The notes beneath the pieces were generated by a model. It ran no database searches, was not told where the DNA came from, and worked only from the letters and a program-made list of their open reading frames with translations. DNA of 63,235 nt, the filler included, from Vannella sp. (lineage: Eukaryota), in assembly GCA_023345925.1 (NCBI GenBank). It is 7 parts of 7 records of this genome, joined end to end, with 100 filler letters (N's around TTAATTAATTAA, not from the genome) between each part and the next. Parts side by side here need not be neighbours in the genome. Positions count along the whole stretch, not along the records: positions 7,824 to 14,481 come from JAJQQN010000200.1; positions 14,582 to 23,879 come from JAJQQN010000155.1; 5 more parts are not named here. The stretch is one strand, 5' to 3'. A program made the position numbers and the translations under genes. Numbering within the stretch: position 1 is the stretch's first letter; each line of letters opens with the position of its first letter. Positions 8,409 to 19,615 of the stretch are shown piece by piece.

Positions 8409-11032
8409 ATGCCGGAGCCGGTGGAGACTCCAACTGGGCAGTTGGAGTTGGCTGAGGATGTCTGTGGTGTACTTGGGGAGTGGGTCGTTCAAGTGGGGGA
8501 CGTGGTACGGCCGGGGGACTTGTTAGCGATGGTCAACCTTCAAGGGACGGATGTTCCTCTTTCTGTCTATGCCAGCCGCGCTGGGAGAGTGAACACTCTC
8601 TACTTTGCTGTGGGCGATACGATTGAATCTGGGTGAGTGAGTCCCCGCAGCTCCCCAAAGGGAGACTTACGATCCTCTTTAGCAACCTTCGGAGCATTTG
8701 TTCGGTTCGCCGAGAGTCAGACAGGCGCTATGACACGCATCCTATAATAGAGGCTATCAGTATGCTTCAAAGGAAGCGCTCCTCCATCGTGGCTGCGGCT
8801 AAGATAAGGGCTGGGGACCAAAGTCCCCGCTTCGAGGTGGATACTCAAATGACAGAGGACCTCTGCGACCTGATAGATGGAGAGATTAAGGAGCAGCGGA
8901 TGATCCTCTTACGCATGTACAAGGAACTGAAACGGAAAGAGGCAGAGCGCTTCGATGCTGAGTACACGCCATGGCAAGTTACTCAGGAGCAGATAGAGGA
9001 GCAGTGCAAGTACGTGCCCCGGCTCCCTCTTGATAAGCGCTTGCTGTCTCCACCTACTGTGTCAACAAACTTCGTCACTCGAGTGGAGACTTTGGAGGAG
9101 GAACACCAATTAGGGTCTTATTTCTACGGTTGCTCCACCTCTACCTATCCTTACATGGAGTACAAAGGTCAGAGAGAGGGAGAGCCTGTTTGTGACCAGT
9201 ATCGAGTGCACATCACTCCAACCAGCTCCATTATTGCGGTGGCCGATGGCTGTAACTGGGGCCAAGGGCCTGCTGTTGCCGCTGCCAAGTCTTCCAAAGC
9301 CTTTGTGGATCATCTGATGCGCCACAGAGACTTATTCCTCCACACACATCGAGTATCAAGGCTCTGTCTTCAAGGTCTGGCTGCGGGGCACGACTCCATC
9401 ATCGCTGGACCGTACAAAGAAGGACATAGACTCGGTACAACGACACTACTCGGAGGACTTCTTGCAAAGGTGGTCTTACCAGGTCACGAGGGTGTACCAG
9501 AGGTGGACTTGGACGATTGGGTCTTCGTCTTTGCTTCAATAGGGGACTGCAAGGCCTTCCTGTGGGACTCCAAGAACAAGAGGGTGGAAGAGCTTACACC
9601 AGATAGCCGTTCAGGAGAGAACTTCCTCGATGCTTCGGACTGTGGAGGCCGCATTGGACCGTACATTGACGGGGGACCAGATCTTCGCAACTTGGAGATG
9701 TTTATGGCTCCCTGTGTGACGGGGGACATTCTCTTCATCTGCTCTGATGGCGTGCACGACAACTTTGACCCTCAAATGCATGGGATGACCCCCAAAGACT
9801 TGGGAGTGGACGTGGAAGGATGGGAGCAATGCACTCCCGAGCAAGCAAACGCTGCTAAAGCTGAGTGGCGCGTCGAAGAGATGAAGCGCATCATTGATAG
9901 CGATAATCCAACACCCGCTGGCATCACACGGAGCTTCGTGGACTACTGCCACAAGATGAACTTGCCCGCGCAGACTTTCATGCAAGAGAACCTCGGCAAG
10001 CGCCTTCCCAACGACTACTCTCGCTTCCCTGGTAAGATGGACCACACGACGATGGTCACCATCCAAGTAGGCGAGATCCCTCCAGAGCTGATCTCACAAC
10101 ATCGGGCCAAGTGCCTGGCGACCACCGGCATTGTCTTACAGAAGAGCCTTTCCTCCAAGGATAGTGGGATGAGAGTGAGTAGAGGCTCTGCGCCAGTGTC
10201 TCCAGCACTCTCTCCGAAGAGCCCGCAAGTGTTGAAGAAGGAAGTGAACGAAGAGATCCAGCGGAAGTCTCGGAGGACCACTTCTAACGAAGAGGCTTGT
10301 CCTCGCAATAGTCTTCAACGGAGAACAGGTAGCCAGAACCTCTCCTTCTCCATGCAGAGCACCAGCGCTCGCAACCCAACAGGGGTCGTGAAGTTCTCAC
10401 AACTTTCTCAGGACCCGAGTTCCCGACCATCACCCGTACAAGCAGCGGATGATACGAGTGTGGCAGACATCCCAGAGAAGGTTGTTGTGCGAAGAACCCG
10501 TTCTACTCCCAAAGAGCGCCACGAAATCAAAGGAAAGCGCCACTCAGCAAGTAGTTCGCTGCAAAACTCTCTAGAAAGGTCTCCTTCCACACGGAAGACG
10601 TCTGATACTCCAAGCATAGCTCCTCCTTCTGCGCCTAAGCATCTTAAAGAGATGACCAGAGCTATCCAGCGACACCTGCGGCAGCTCTCGGTGTTGATCG
10701 TCCGCCCCGAGTCCGAGTCCGAGTCCTTTGCGGGGCGTGATGCTATGCAACAGGCCACGACAGAGCTTGTTGAAGCCACTAATGAGCTGACAAGCTACAT
10801 GGACTTTGTCCGCCTGGAAGAGAGCAGCCACAAGATCAAGAGCGACATCGCCGCCATCATCAAGATTCTTCGCCCCTCCCACCGACGTAACACCTCTCAC
10901 TCTACCCAAAGCTTCCACAAGCACTCTCAGTCTCGCAGTGAGACTGACAGAACTCAGAAGAGCGAAAGGTTCGAACATCTCCGTGAACGCCTTTCGGTTG
11001 AACTTCGCCTTCTGGAAGCTCAGCGCCTCTGA
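8409..11032 (+). CDS. Biotinyl/lipoyl-like domain fused to PP2C-like (PPM) phosphatase domain
   Basis: Exon 1 has W.VQVGD.V..GD.L...S..AG.V..L....GD.I..G; intron 8633-8682 keeps frame; PPM motifs AVADGCNWG, SIGDCKA, CSDGVHDN, GKMDHTT. Confidence 0.8.
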
Positions 11033-11128
11033 GTGGGTCAAGGGAGGTGGATCTTGTACATTACTCACTCTCCGATCCAATAAACGCCTCGTTTAGTGCC
11101 ATTGTCAACAGAGCTGCACACAGCAGAC

Positions 11129-14100
11129 ATGGAGGACCTGACCCTTTTCCCCTTTGATGCTCACGCCTTCTTTGATGGGATCTACAGGATGTCTGTTGAT
11201 ACCAATGGTGAGGTGATGAACCATGAAGATCTATTCTACGGACTGTCTCGGAAGGAGGCTCGAGAACCGTTGTTGTTTACCACCTTCCCGGGCTCTGGTA
11301 CGTTCTTCACTTGCCTGGCGCCTTTGAGAGTATTGTAACTAATGAAACGAGGTAGCTCCTTTCTCTTTGAGGGGAGATGGCGCTCCGGATCCAGCAAGCG
11401 AAGAGCTGCGAAGAGTGGAGGATCTAAAGGGCCTCCTCAGCGGGTTCATCACGACTTTCTTGGAGCGCGCGAGCCCCCCCACGTGTGGAAGATATCGATG
11501 CATTGTTGATGGAGCAGATCTGGCCTCGTGGAAAGCTGGGCTGCTCCATGTGCGCGAGCGCCACCGCAACGAGTTCAACCAGCTCCTGAGCGTTCTCCTG
11601 TACGACAAGGAGCTCGACCACATGGGATTCTTCTTCACCAAACTGTTCTTCCCTCATCTCGTCTACTTGCCGCCCGCCCCGCCCGCTCTGAACCAGGAGT
11701 ATCCTTCCGCCCTCGCCCCAACCTTTCCTCGCAACCCCCATCAGCACGTGGAGCCGCTGAGCCTTGAGAGTAACCCCATAGCCTTACTCACACAACAGAA
11801 GATGGCTTCGTTGGGTGCGCGCAAAGCAGCAGCGACTCCTCAGGGCACTGCTAAACAAGGCTTTCGACTCACGCGCTCTCGCTATTCCGTGGCCAATAAG
11901 AAGCGTGGATTGGAGCTACGACAGATGTTCACCACCAATGACATCTTCAAACTCGATATGGACCTCTTCCCAACCGCTGAGCGAACTGTGGAGCTTCCCC
12001 CAATCGTTTCCATGGCGCAAGCTCCCCCAGCCCTCCCCAAGGCCCCAAAGCGCAAGAAGAAGAAGGAAAGCCCAAGCACAATCACTCCAGTTGCTCCAAC
12101 TACCACTCCAGAGCCTCCCGTGGCTCCAGTCAAGGTGAAAGAGCTCCAACCGAAAGCTCGCCCAGTCAAACCCGAAGTGGCAAAGGCGGAGGAGCGTGCA
12201 CGTGCAAAGGCAGCTCACCAAGCCCTCAAAGACAAGCAGGAAGAGATAGAAACGAAGAAGCGCCAGTCTGAGGCAGAGATCGTGCGCCTTCAAGAACAAA
12301 AGCGAAACGAAGAAGCGGCTCTCCGTGTACAAGCAGAGCAGCTCCGCCTTCGTCAAAAAGAACTGAAAGAGGCTGAGAAGCATGAAGCCGCTCGCGTGGC
12401 ACGCGCGACGCTTCAGGCAGACAAGCTGTTCGCCCAAATGGGCGAGAAGATGGCCTCCGAGCTGATCGAGGACGTCGTCTGCGATCTCTGCAACAAGCTT
12501 GCACGGCGAACTCATCACGAATCGGAGAAGACACGAACCCGCATGGCCAAAGAGCAGCTCGAACGAAAGACAGAGGAAACACGTCAGGCGGAGAGCAAAC
12601 AGCGCAAGAAGGAGGAGCGCGAGGTGCGCAGACAGTTCCGCAATGAAGAAGCAGAAAGGATATGGACGGGACTTGCAAACGAGCTGGTGCGAGAGGAATG
12701 CAAGTACCTTGCTTTCGATTTTGTTCGTGAGCACAGACACAACCTTGAGCGGGAGCGTCGTGCTCATGCTCAAGCATTAGCAGATGCTCAAGCATACCAA
12801 TACCTTCATGGAGAGCTGGATCGTACGGATCTCCTTCCTGCCTCGTACCATCCTCGTGGAGGCATCTACGGACCTGGCTCCCTTCCTCCAGCAGCAACAG
12901 CAGCACCGCCCAATACTTATCAGGGAGGATACTCACCCTATCCACCTTACCCAATGTACCAGCCCGGTCCAAGCTATCAATCAGTTGTGGCCAATGTACA
13001 TGCTGAAGGACCTTCCCAGGCCTATTATCCGCGTGATGTTGATGAAAGAGACGAGGTGCCATCCTATTTGGCACCTTCTGGAGGGTCAGCAAGTCTTCCT
13101 GATCATATGGGCATGCCATTCGGTCACACGCCCTCCAATTACCCTCCATCTCGCTCCTCTGTTCCTCACTATTCCCAGGCACCTCTTCCCTTTCAATCAA
13201 CATTCTCTCAAGCGCCTCCAGCATTCCATTTGCAGCGGCCTTATCCATTATCTGGACGGGCACAAGAGACTCATCACGAATTGCCCTTCCTGGAAGAGGA
13301 ATCTTCCCGCCCAATGTCCCCTGGATGGCTTCCAGGTCCCATTTCCAATGGACCACCTTCAGGCTCTTTCTTGCATCAACCGCATTCTTCTTTTGGGATG
13401 AACCAAGGCAGCTTCACAGGAACAGAATCCTTTGGGTCTTTTGGTGGTCCCAACGGATTGGGAATGAGTGCCGAGCCTCCATTACCAGAGTTGGGACCAG
13501 AGCACTTTGGCTATAACCCTGAGTTCACTGTCCTGTTGGCCAATTTGCCCCAAGAAATGCAATACGGAGATCTTCACACACTCTTCCATCGAGTGCTTGC
13601 ACCAGAAGTGTCTGCCCAACTGAAAGTGAGTGTGTTCAGAGTCCTCCTTATTTCCTTTTCGTTCCTCTTACTGACAGTGGGAGCAGGTTCGGCCTTTTGC
13701 CAACGAGCGTTGCTGTTACATTGAATTCCAGGACAAAGAGAACATGTGCAAGTCAGTTCAATGGAATGGCGTCCCCATCCGGGGAGAGCCTGTCCAAGTG
13801 CGATTGCCTCGGCCCTCTTCTTCGTATAATTCATCCTCGGGCCCTGAGAGTGTGCGCCCTCCTGTTTCTCATGGAGGAGGGCCTCCTCCATTTGGTTCAG
13901 AGAGGGATTCTTTCCATCTTGGAGGAGGCCTTGCAAGCAGCGCTCCCTTCCTGACAGATCCATTTGCCATCCCAAACCCATTCAGCGGCGATTCATTCAA
14001 GAGCGAGAACCCTCTTCGCCCTTCTCTGTCCGCTTCAGACCCTTCTTCCGCATCCCAGTTTGGAGGCGAGTTTGGCAATCCCTTTGGGTTCTCTTCCTTC

Positions 14101-14217
14101 CTTTCTCCTGCAACGAACTATCTTGAAGGGGAGAGTGCGAATGACACCCGCGGCAGCTTCCTTTCAAGTGCAGAGCCAACCGGTGGGCTCTCTTTCCTCC
14201 GCTTCCCGCCTTCCTAA
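11129..14217 (+). CDS. Coiled-coil/proline-rich protein with one RRM
   Basis: Long ORF 11367-13724; RRM split by an intron ~13626-13686 (TVLLANLP...CYIEF...NGVPIRGEPVQV); 5' exon from 11129. Confidence 0.7.
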
Positions 14218-14481
14218 ACGCTCCAGAAGCACTCTCTATCTTTTCAGAAGCTGCTCAATCCAACTCGCCTTCTAATGGATAAGGAAGAGCAGAGGGAGCC
14301 AATGAGGGGAGGGTTGCACGAAGCGGAGGGAGTGGGAGGTGTGGGTGTACACCTGTCCGAACGCTTTGGCAATCTTGCTTGAGGTATGAGCGTTCCCCTC
14401 TTTATTCCCTCTCATCGGAAGGAGATGGCCTTCCATCAGTTGGCTTCCGGACAGAGAAACTCATTGAGCTTGTGCGCAGCA

Positions 14482-14581
14482 NNNNNNNNNNNNNNNNNNN
14501 NNNNNNNNNNNNNNNNNNNNNNNNNTTAATTAATTAANNNNNNNNNNNNNNNNNNNNNNNNNNNNNNNNNNNNNNNNNNNN
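14482..14581. other. Artificial contig linker
   Basis: 44N-TTAATTAATTAA-44N. Confidence 0.97.
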
Positions 14582-16048
14582 GATCAATGGGCCACCCGGC
14601 TCCTGCAAGCCACTTTCTGTCAAGAGAATGACTTGGTCATCCTTCAAGTGGGCCTCCAAGATGCTCCCAACAGAGATCGACTGATTGCCGCTCTGAAAAC
14701 GGCTTTGCACACGGACTGCCCTTCTCATTGGGCCCTCTTTTCTGGGACCGCAGCAGAACCTTCAAGTGTCCTCCTCAGCTTGGAAAAGCTTATTCATGGT
14801 CAGTGGGTCCTTCAGCAGAAATGGAATGAGCCACTGGTAGGTAAAAAAGACAACAAAGGAATGAGAAAGTGGACCTCTTTTATCCAGCTCCCTGAAGAGG
14901 ACTCGTTTCGCTCTTTCCGGTTACTCTGCTCATCAGATGGGAGCACGCTGGAGTTCACACTTGGAGAAGCCTCATCTTCCTCAGGATTGGGAGTATCTCT
15001 GGCAAAATCGAAGTGGGAAGGAGACACGGACACCAAACTCGACATATTTTTCGAACGTGGAAAAGGAGCTTCTGTTCTTGAGTTGATGGAGTCTCTCCAA
15101 CCCTATTACCACTCAAATGAGGGACAAAATTTTCCTGATTGGTTTCCGCTCCTCATCGCCATCACTAATCAAGCCAAGCATGTCAAAGAGTGCGTCCCGC
15201 TTCTCGACCAACTCAGAAGCGCCCAGCATCCAGAAGAACTCCTTTTCTTCCAAGTAGAGGATTCTGCCTTTTACTATCACAGCTTTCTGTACAATGCCAC
15301 CGCTACTGACCACAAGAACCGCCTTGAGACCTCCAGAAATTTACTGCAATCTCTCAAAACCGAAAAGGGCGCAAATGCAAATGCTCTCCTCGACAATATT
15401 GGAAACGCCACAGAAGTTTTGCTTGACCAAACACAAGGGACACTCAAGGAATTCTTCTCCAATCATTTGAAACAGTTTGCCAACGAGTTTGATTTGGAAG
15501 CGGTTGCCGATCGTGTCTGGCGACACAGAAACCTTGTTTTGGAAAAGGAGTCTTCTGGAGTGTCCCATGATGACATTCTTATTACCAAAGATGTGTTTGA
15601 AGGATTTGTATCTTCCAGCGTCCAACTTGACCAATCCAGAAAGCAAGCTTCTCGGGAGCTGTTTCAAGCAATCTCTTGTTTGGGTGGACATCAGAGCCCC
15701 TTGGAACACGACAAGAACGTTCCCATTTGCAGCAATCATGTTTCAGGGCTCTACCAATTGAACTTGAAATCTCTCAGGGCGAAATGGGCCCAATGGAACA
15801 AAACCAACCCATCCCAAGCATTCCCGCTTCTGGCAGACCGAAAGGCAACGAGGAAGCTTGGAGAAGACTTTGATGAGGAGAAACTTCTCCAATTCCTCAA
15901 AACCAAGCAACAGGCAGCAAAGCGCTCCCAAAGGGTCTCGGATGGACTTCTTCCCGTTCCCCGCAAAGTGTTGGTTTTGCCTTTCCTCCAAACCGTTCTC
16001 GAAGAAGTGTCTCGCATCATTCCTGAATTGGACAAACTTCTTCCTTAA
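14582..16048 (+). CDS. Hypothetical protein, 5'-truncated
   Basis: Frame open from the contig edge for ~488 codons; no motif recognised. Confidence 0.7.
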   Translation, partial: DQWATRLLQATFCQENDLVILQVGLQDAPNRDRLIAALKTALHTDCPSHWALFSGTAAEPSSVLLSLEKLIHGQWVLQQKWNEPLVGKKDNKGMRKWTSFIQLPEEDSFRSFRLLCSSDGSTLEFTLGEASSSSGLGVSLAKSKWEGDTDTKLDIFFERGKGASVLELMESLQPYYHSNEGQNFPDWFPLLIAITNQAKHVKECVPLLDQLRSAQHPEELLFFQVEDSAFYYHSFLYNATATDHKNRLETSRNLLQSLKTEKGANANALLDNIGNATEVLLDQTQGTLKEFFSNHLKQFANEFDLEAVADRVWRHRNLVLEKESSGVSHDDILITKDVFEGFVSSSVQLDQSRKQASRELFQAISCLGGHQSPLEHDKNVPICSNHVSGLYQLNLKSLRAKWAQWNKTNPSQAFPLLADRKATRKLGEDFDEEKLLQFLKTKQQAAKRSQRVSDGLLPVPRKVLVLPFLQTVLEEVSRIIPELDKLLP

Positions 16049-16106
16049 GGCCCAAGTTCCGAAGCCCGCAAGTAAAATAAGCGTTCTTCATTCGTAGCAA
16101 TAGAAA

Positions 16107-17480
16107 TCAGAACCGATCCAGAGTGCGAGGTTGGGAAGGGACATCGGGCTCCACTGCGGTGGTGGCAAACGCATGCAATGACGAGAAGAAAGTGGTCGCG
16201 TACACTCCTCGCCCAAGAGTGAACCGAAGGTGCAGGGACTGTCGGTCCAAGTAGAGATCGTCCTTGGCCCACTTGTGAGAGAGATCGCGAGGGAAAGCAA
16301 TCACATCTCGCGAGATGTTCGTGAAAAAGCAATCCCTTGGCTTGGGGACGACCAAGTCATCCATCTCCACTCCCAATAGACCCAAAGTGTCCCCAATAGC
16401 ATCTTCAATATGGTCCTGCGGAGACACTTCTGTCCGTTTGGAGATCATTGGTAATTGGACTCTCTTCAACCGAACCGTATCCGTTTCCGATATGTCCCGA
16501 TAGAAGGCCAGAGACCCCAATTGCGTCAGTGCAGGTGACAAACATCTCTTTTCGAAGTTGCCTTGGGGCATTGCGCGCTCCATATAACGAGAAGCCAAAG
16601 TGTTCCACAAGTGACTTTGCCATGCGCTGATCCACATGGCTCGCAGGTGCTGAGGGAACTTGAGGAATGCTCCCATGTAGTCTTCTGGCTCATCTCTGAG
16701 GTAATCAAGTACTCGCATGTGTAGTTTGACGTCCTTAATCGTCTCTATCTTGCTGTCACAGAGAGACTTGATGCGATTCCAGTCTCCCCAATGGTCTCCT
16801 GCGATGTCACGTAGCTGCCTTTGAGCGCTCTTCTCATATTGGTACTCGTCTGTGAAGAGCAAGTGCAAGGCACGCTCCCATTCACGTGCACACCACAGTC
16901 GCCCGATGAACTCTCCCGAGTATCCCACTGATCCGAACCGTTGAGCTCCATAGTAGTTGGGAAAGCCATACGTGCTCCTATGTTGGATCGCTTCATCCAT
17001 AGTGGAGATGTGGACAGGGGACAGGTTCCGCAAGATCACGCGGAAACGGTTCCCGAGGATGTCGCTGGAGTGGAAGTGCCTCTTGGCGTCCCCAATGTAG
17101 GTCACAGAGAAGTTCTCTTGCTCGTAGGATCTCTTTGGACCGTTCTCCAAGGTCACAAACTGCGTGGTGATGGCGTGCTTGTCCTTGAGGCCACCAAAGT
17201 GCACTTCGTCTCTCTCCGCCCCAAACTCTTCCGCCATCGCGTAGATCGCATGCTGAGTCTCCATACTTGTCTTCTTCAGCAAGTAAACACTGAAAGGGCC
17301 CCAATCAGGCCCGTAACGAAAAGTATCCGTCACCTCCTCCACCACAAAGTCTTCCGGTCTCCTCTTCAGCTTCACAGCCTCCTTCCGCTCCCTACTATTC
17401 ACTCCCAAGCTGATCCGACACCGCTTCGTAACCCTCCACGAGGAGGCGCCCTTCCCTCCAGACCAGGCATTCCGCAACAT
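16107..17480 (-). CDS. truD: tRNA pseudouridine synthase TruD, bacterial-type, with N-terminal extension
   Basis: KRRPEDFVVEE, GGLKDKHAITTQ (catalytic Asp), GNRF, GFPNYYGAQRFGS, SAWQSHLWN, FTLGRGVYAT; intronless; ATG 17480. Confidence 0.92.
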   Translation of the reverse strand: MLRNAWSGGKGASSWRVTKRCRISLGVNSRERKEAVKLKRRPEDFVVEEVTDTFRYGPDWGPFSVYLLKKTSMETQHAIYAMAEEFGAERDEVHFGGLKDKHAITTQFVTLENGPKRSYEQENFSVTYIGDAKRHFHSSDILGNRFRVILRNLSPVHISTMDEAIQHRSTYGFPNYYGAQRFGSVGYSGEFIGRLWCAREWERALHLLFTDEYQYEKSAQRQLRDIAGDHWGDWNRIKSLCDSKIETIKDVKLHMRVLDYLRDEPEDYMGAFLKFPQHLRAMWISAWQSHLWNTLASRYMERAMPQGNFEKRCLSPALTQLGSLAFYRDISETDTVRLKRVQLPMISKRTEVSPQDHIEDAIGDTLGLLGVEMDDLVVPKPRDCFFTNISRDVIAFPRDLSHKWAKDDLYLDRQSLHLRFTLGRGVYATTFFSSLHAFATTAVEPDVPSQPRTLDRF

Positions 17481-17596
17481 CCCGGACCCCAAAAAATGAC
17501 TTCTAAACCCCCAAACGGGCAGAAATCCGTGTTAGAGAGGATACTCTATCGCCCTGTTATGCAAAGGAGTGAAGCCGGGTCTTATTGAGCGGAAGG

Positions 17597-19161
17597 TTAG
17601 GCGAGGCCTTGTCGCTTGAGATCCTTGAAGGTCTTCTTCATCATGACGTTGCCATCAGCGTCTTCATACTCTTCCTCATCAGCATCCCAATCAATACCCT
17701 TCGTCGATCGGATCTTCTCCCACACTGCAAACGCGCCAGCCATTCCCAAGTCAGTATATGGTCTCCCCATTCGCAGCCGTAGAAGGACCTACAAGCGAGA
17801 GCGTCATTGATGTTGGTAACCTCATTGAAAGCTTTGGTGTTGGGAATGCCCAAACACTTCATGCCGTAAGAATGCCGGTATTCCTGGAAATGACGTTCGT
17901 AGGCGCGTCGGCCCCAGTAAGAGTTGTTCCCGCAGATTTCGCACTTGAACTCTATTCCCAGGCCATGTAGCTTGTAAAGCCAGTAGGGGATGGGCTTTCC
18001 ATCCCAGCCAACAGGATAGTTGGTGATGCAGCGTCTGGTGGCTTCTTCTGCTTCCTCTTCAGAGTCTGACTCGGAGAGCTCGATGACCTCTTCATCAGAG
18101 TCTTCCCCTTCAAGGTCTTCATAACGGCGGGCCAGCTTGGTCTCCACGTGGATCTTTGTGGCCTCCAACTGCTCTTCGATCTGCTCTCCCAGCTTGTTCA
18201 GCTTGAACTGAAGCTCAAACGTCTTCTCTTCTAGTGAAGAGAGACGTTCTGCGCTCTTCTTGTGCTTCTTGCCACTCAGATGACCGTTAAAGGACGGCAC
18301 TTTGGCAAAGTTCTTCATACAGTCGAGGCAATACGTGTTGGGGACTCTTGCGGTGGGTCCTTGAACCTGCTCATCAACGACAATAGCTTTTGTCTCGCCA
18401 CTGAAGTGTCCTTGGCCCCACAACTGACGGAACTCCTCCTGAACCCCTTCCATCGTCTTCTCTGGATCAGAGAGAGGGTGGGCTCGCTGTAGAAGATCTA
18501 TCGTGTACTCATACAGCTGCTGAAGGTAAGAGACGTACTCCTCGCCCTTGCCCAGCAGTACAGGCTCTGAAAAGTGGTACGCGCGTCGCAAATAGCCAAA
18601 GTAGTCCACAGGCGCCGTCTGGTTCCATGGCAGGTTGTTGTACTTGTCATGAAACACATGGAGGTCAAGGTACCGCCCGTAGCCCTCCTCTGCAGCAAAG
18701 GGAACGTCTGCGCTGCCCGTAATGGTGGAAGCAACCGCCGTTGGGTCCACCATGGGGATGTTAGGGAAGCGGCGATGGTAGTCCTTGATGTCTCGAAGCC
18801 TCTCATAGAAGGAAGAGAAGACAGGCTGGCCACCACCGCCCAAGGCTTCAATATCATCGCCCCGCGCCCTTGAGCCAACGATTAGAAGGTGAAGGAGAGG
18901 CGGAGAGGGCTCACCTGTCTTCATCCTTGTAGATCTCAAGTAGAGACTCTCGTTTCTTACTCATTTGGGTCAGAACCTGCGCTGTACAGTGACTCTGATG
19001 CACGGCCTCCTTGTACTACCGCCTTCGTTAGCACGCTGTGGCCCTCTCACTCATCCCCTCACTGTCCGTGGCTCTTCTAACAAGAACCTCACTGCAGCCT
19101 CTTCCAATCGGTCCACATCCTCGTGCAAAGCCCTCGTTTGCTCCGTCAAGTTCCCCGCCAT
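17597..19161 (-). CDS. SF3A3: Splicing factor 3A subunit 3 (Prp9)
   Basis: GWDGKPIPYWLYKLHGL..CEICGN..RHF.E.RH..GMKCLGIPNT; first exon MAGNLTEQTRALHEDVDRLE; last exon EEEYEDADGNV..DLKRQGL. Confidence 0.96.
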
Positions 19162-19173
19162 CCACAAATGGGG

Positions 19174-19248
19174 CAGAACTCGTGTTTGCATAGCTTACCC
19201 TGATGACCTCCATCTCTTCAGGATAAGCTTTTGGAGTGATTTCATTTT
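19174..19248 (+). repeat. Dispersed 75-bp element, copy 1
   Basis: Aligns without gaps to 24181-24255 (shared cctgatgacctccat.tcttcaggataagcttttgg). Confidence 0.85.
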
Positions 19249-19615
19249 CTTCACTTTTTGGATGTTTGAGGACCCAAACAAGGGGAAATGCCTTCGCCGC
19301 TCGTGACTTCTCTCTTTCAACGGAGGCCAGCGTTTAGTGGGGCCGTGAACTCTCTCTTCGTGCCAAATCACGGATCCGCGTCAGATTTACAAAAAACCCT
19401 TGAATAAGTGAGGGGTGACGTTCTGTTCGCCAAGGACCAAAATGAAGAGACCACAGTTTGTGATGAGGGAGTGTTGAACGTCCTGACGCCGCCTCCCACA
19501 GTGTGGGTGATTGGATGGTTCCTTAGGAATGGCCATTTCCCCACACGGATCGCCTAATTAGGGGTTGTGTTTGAGCCACCCGATTGGTGGACGCCATTCA
19601 TTCTTGGAGACTTCC

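Noticed and set aside
11916..13356. Long minus-strand ORFs (285 and 376 aa)
   Set aside because: Antisense to a low-complexity coding region; no motifs.
14275..14481. Possible first exons of a gene before the gap
   Set aside because: Splice-like signals exist but the frame and product cannot be supported.
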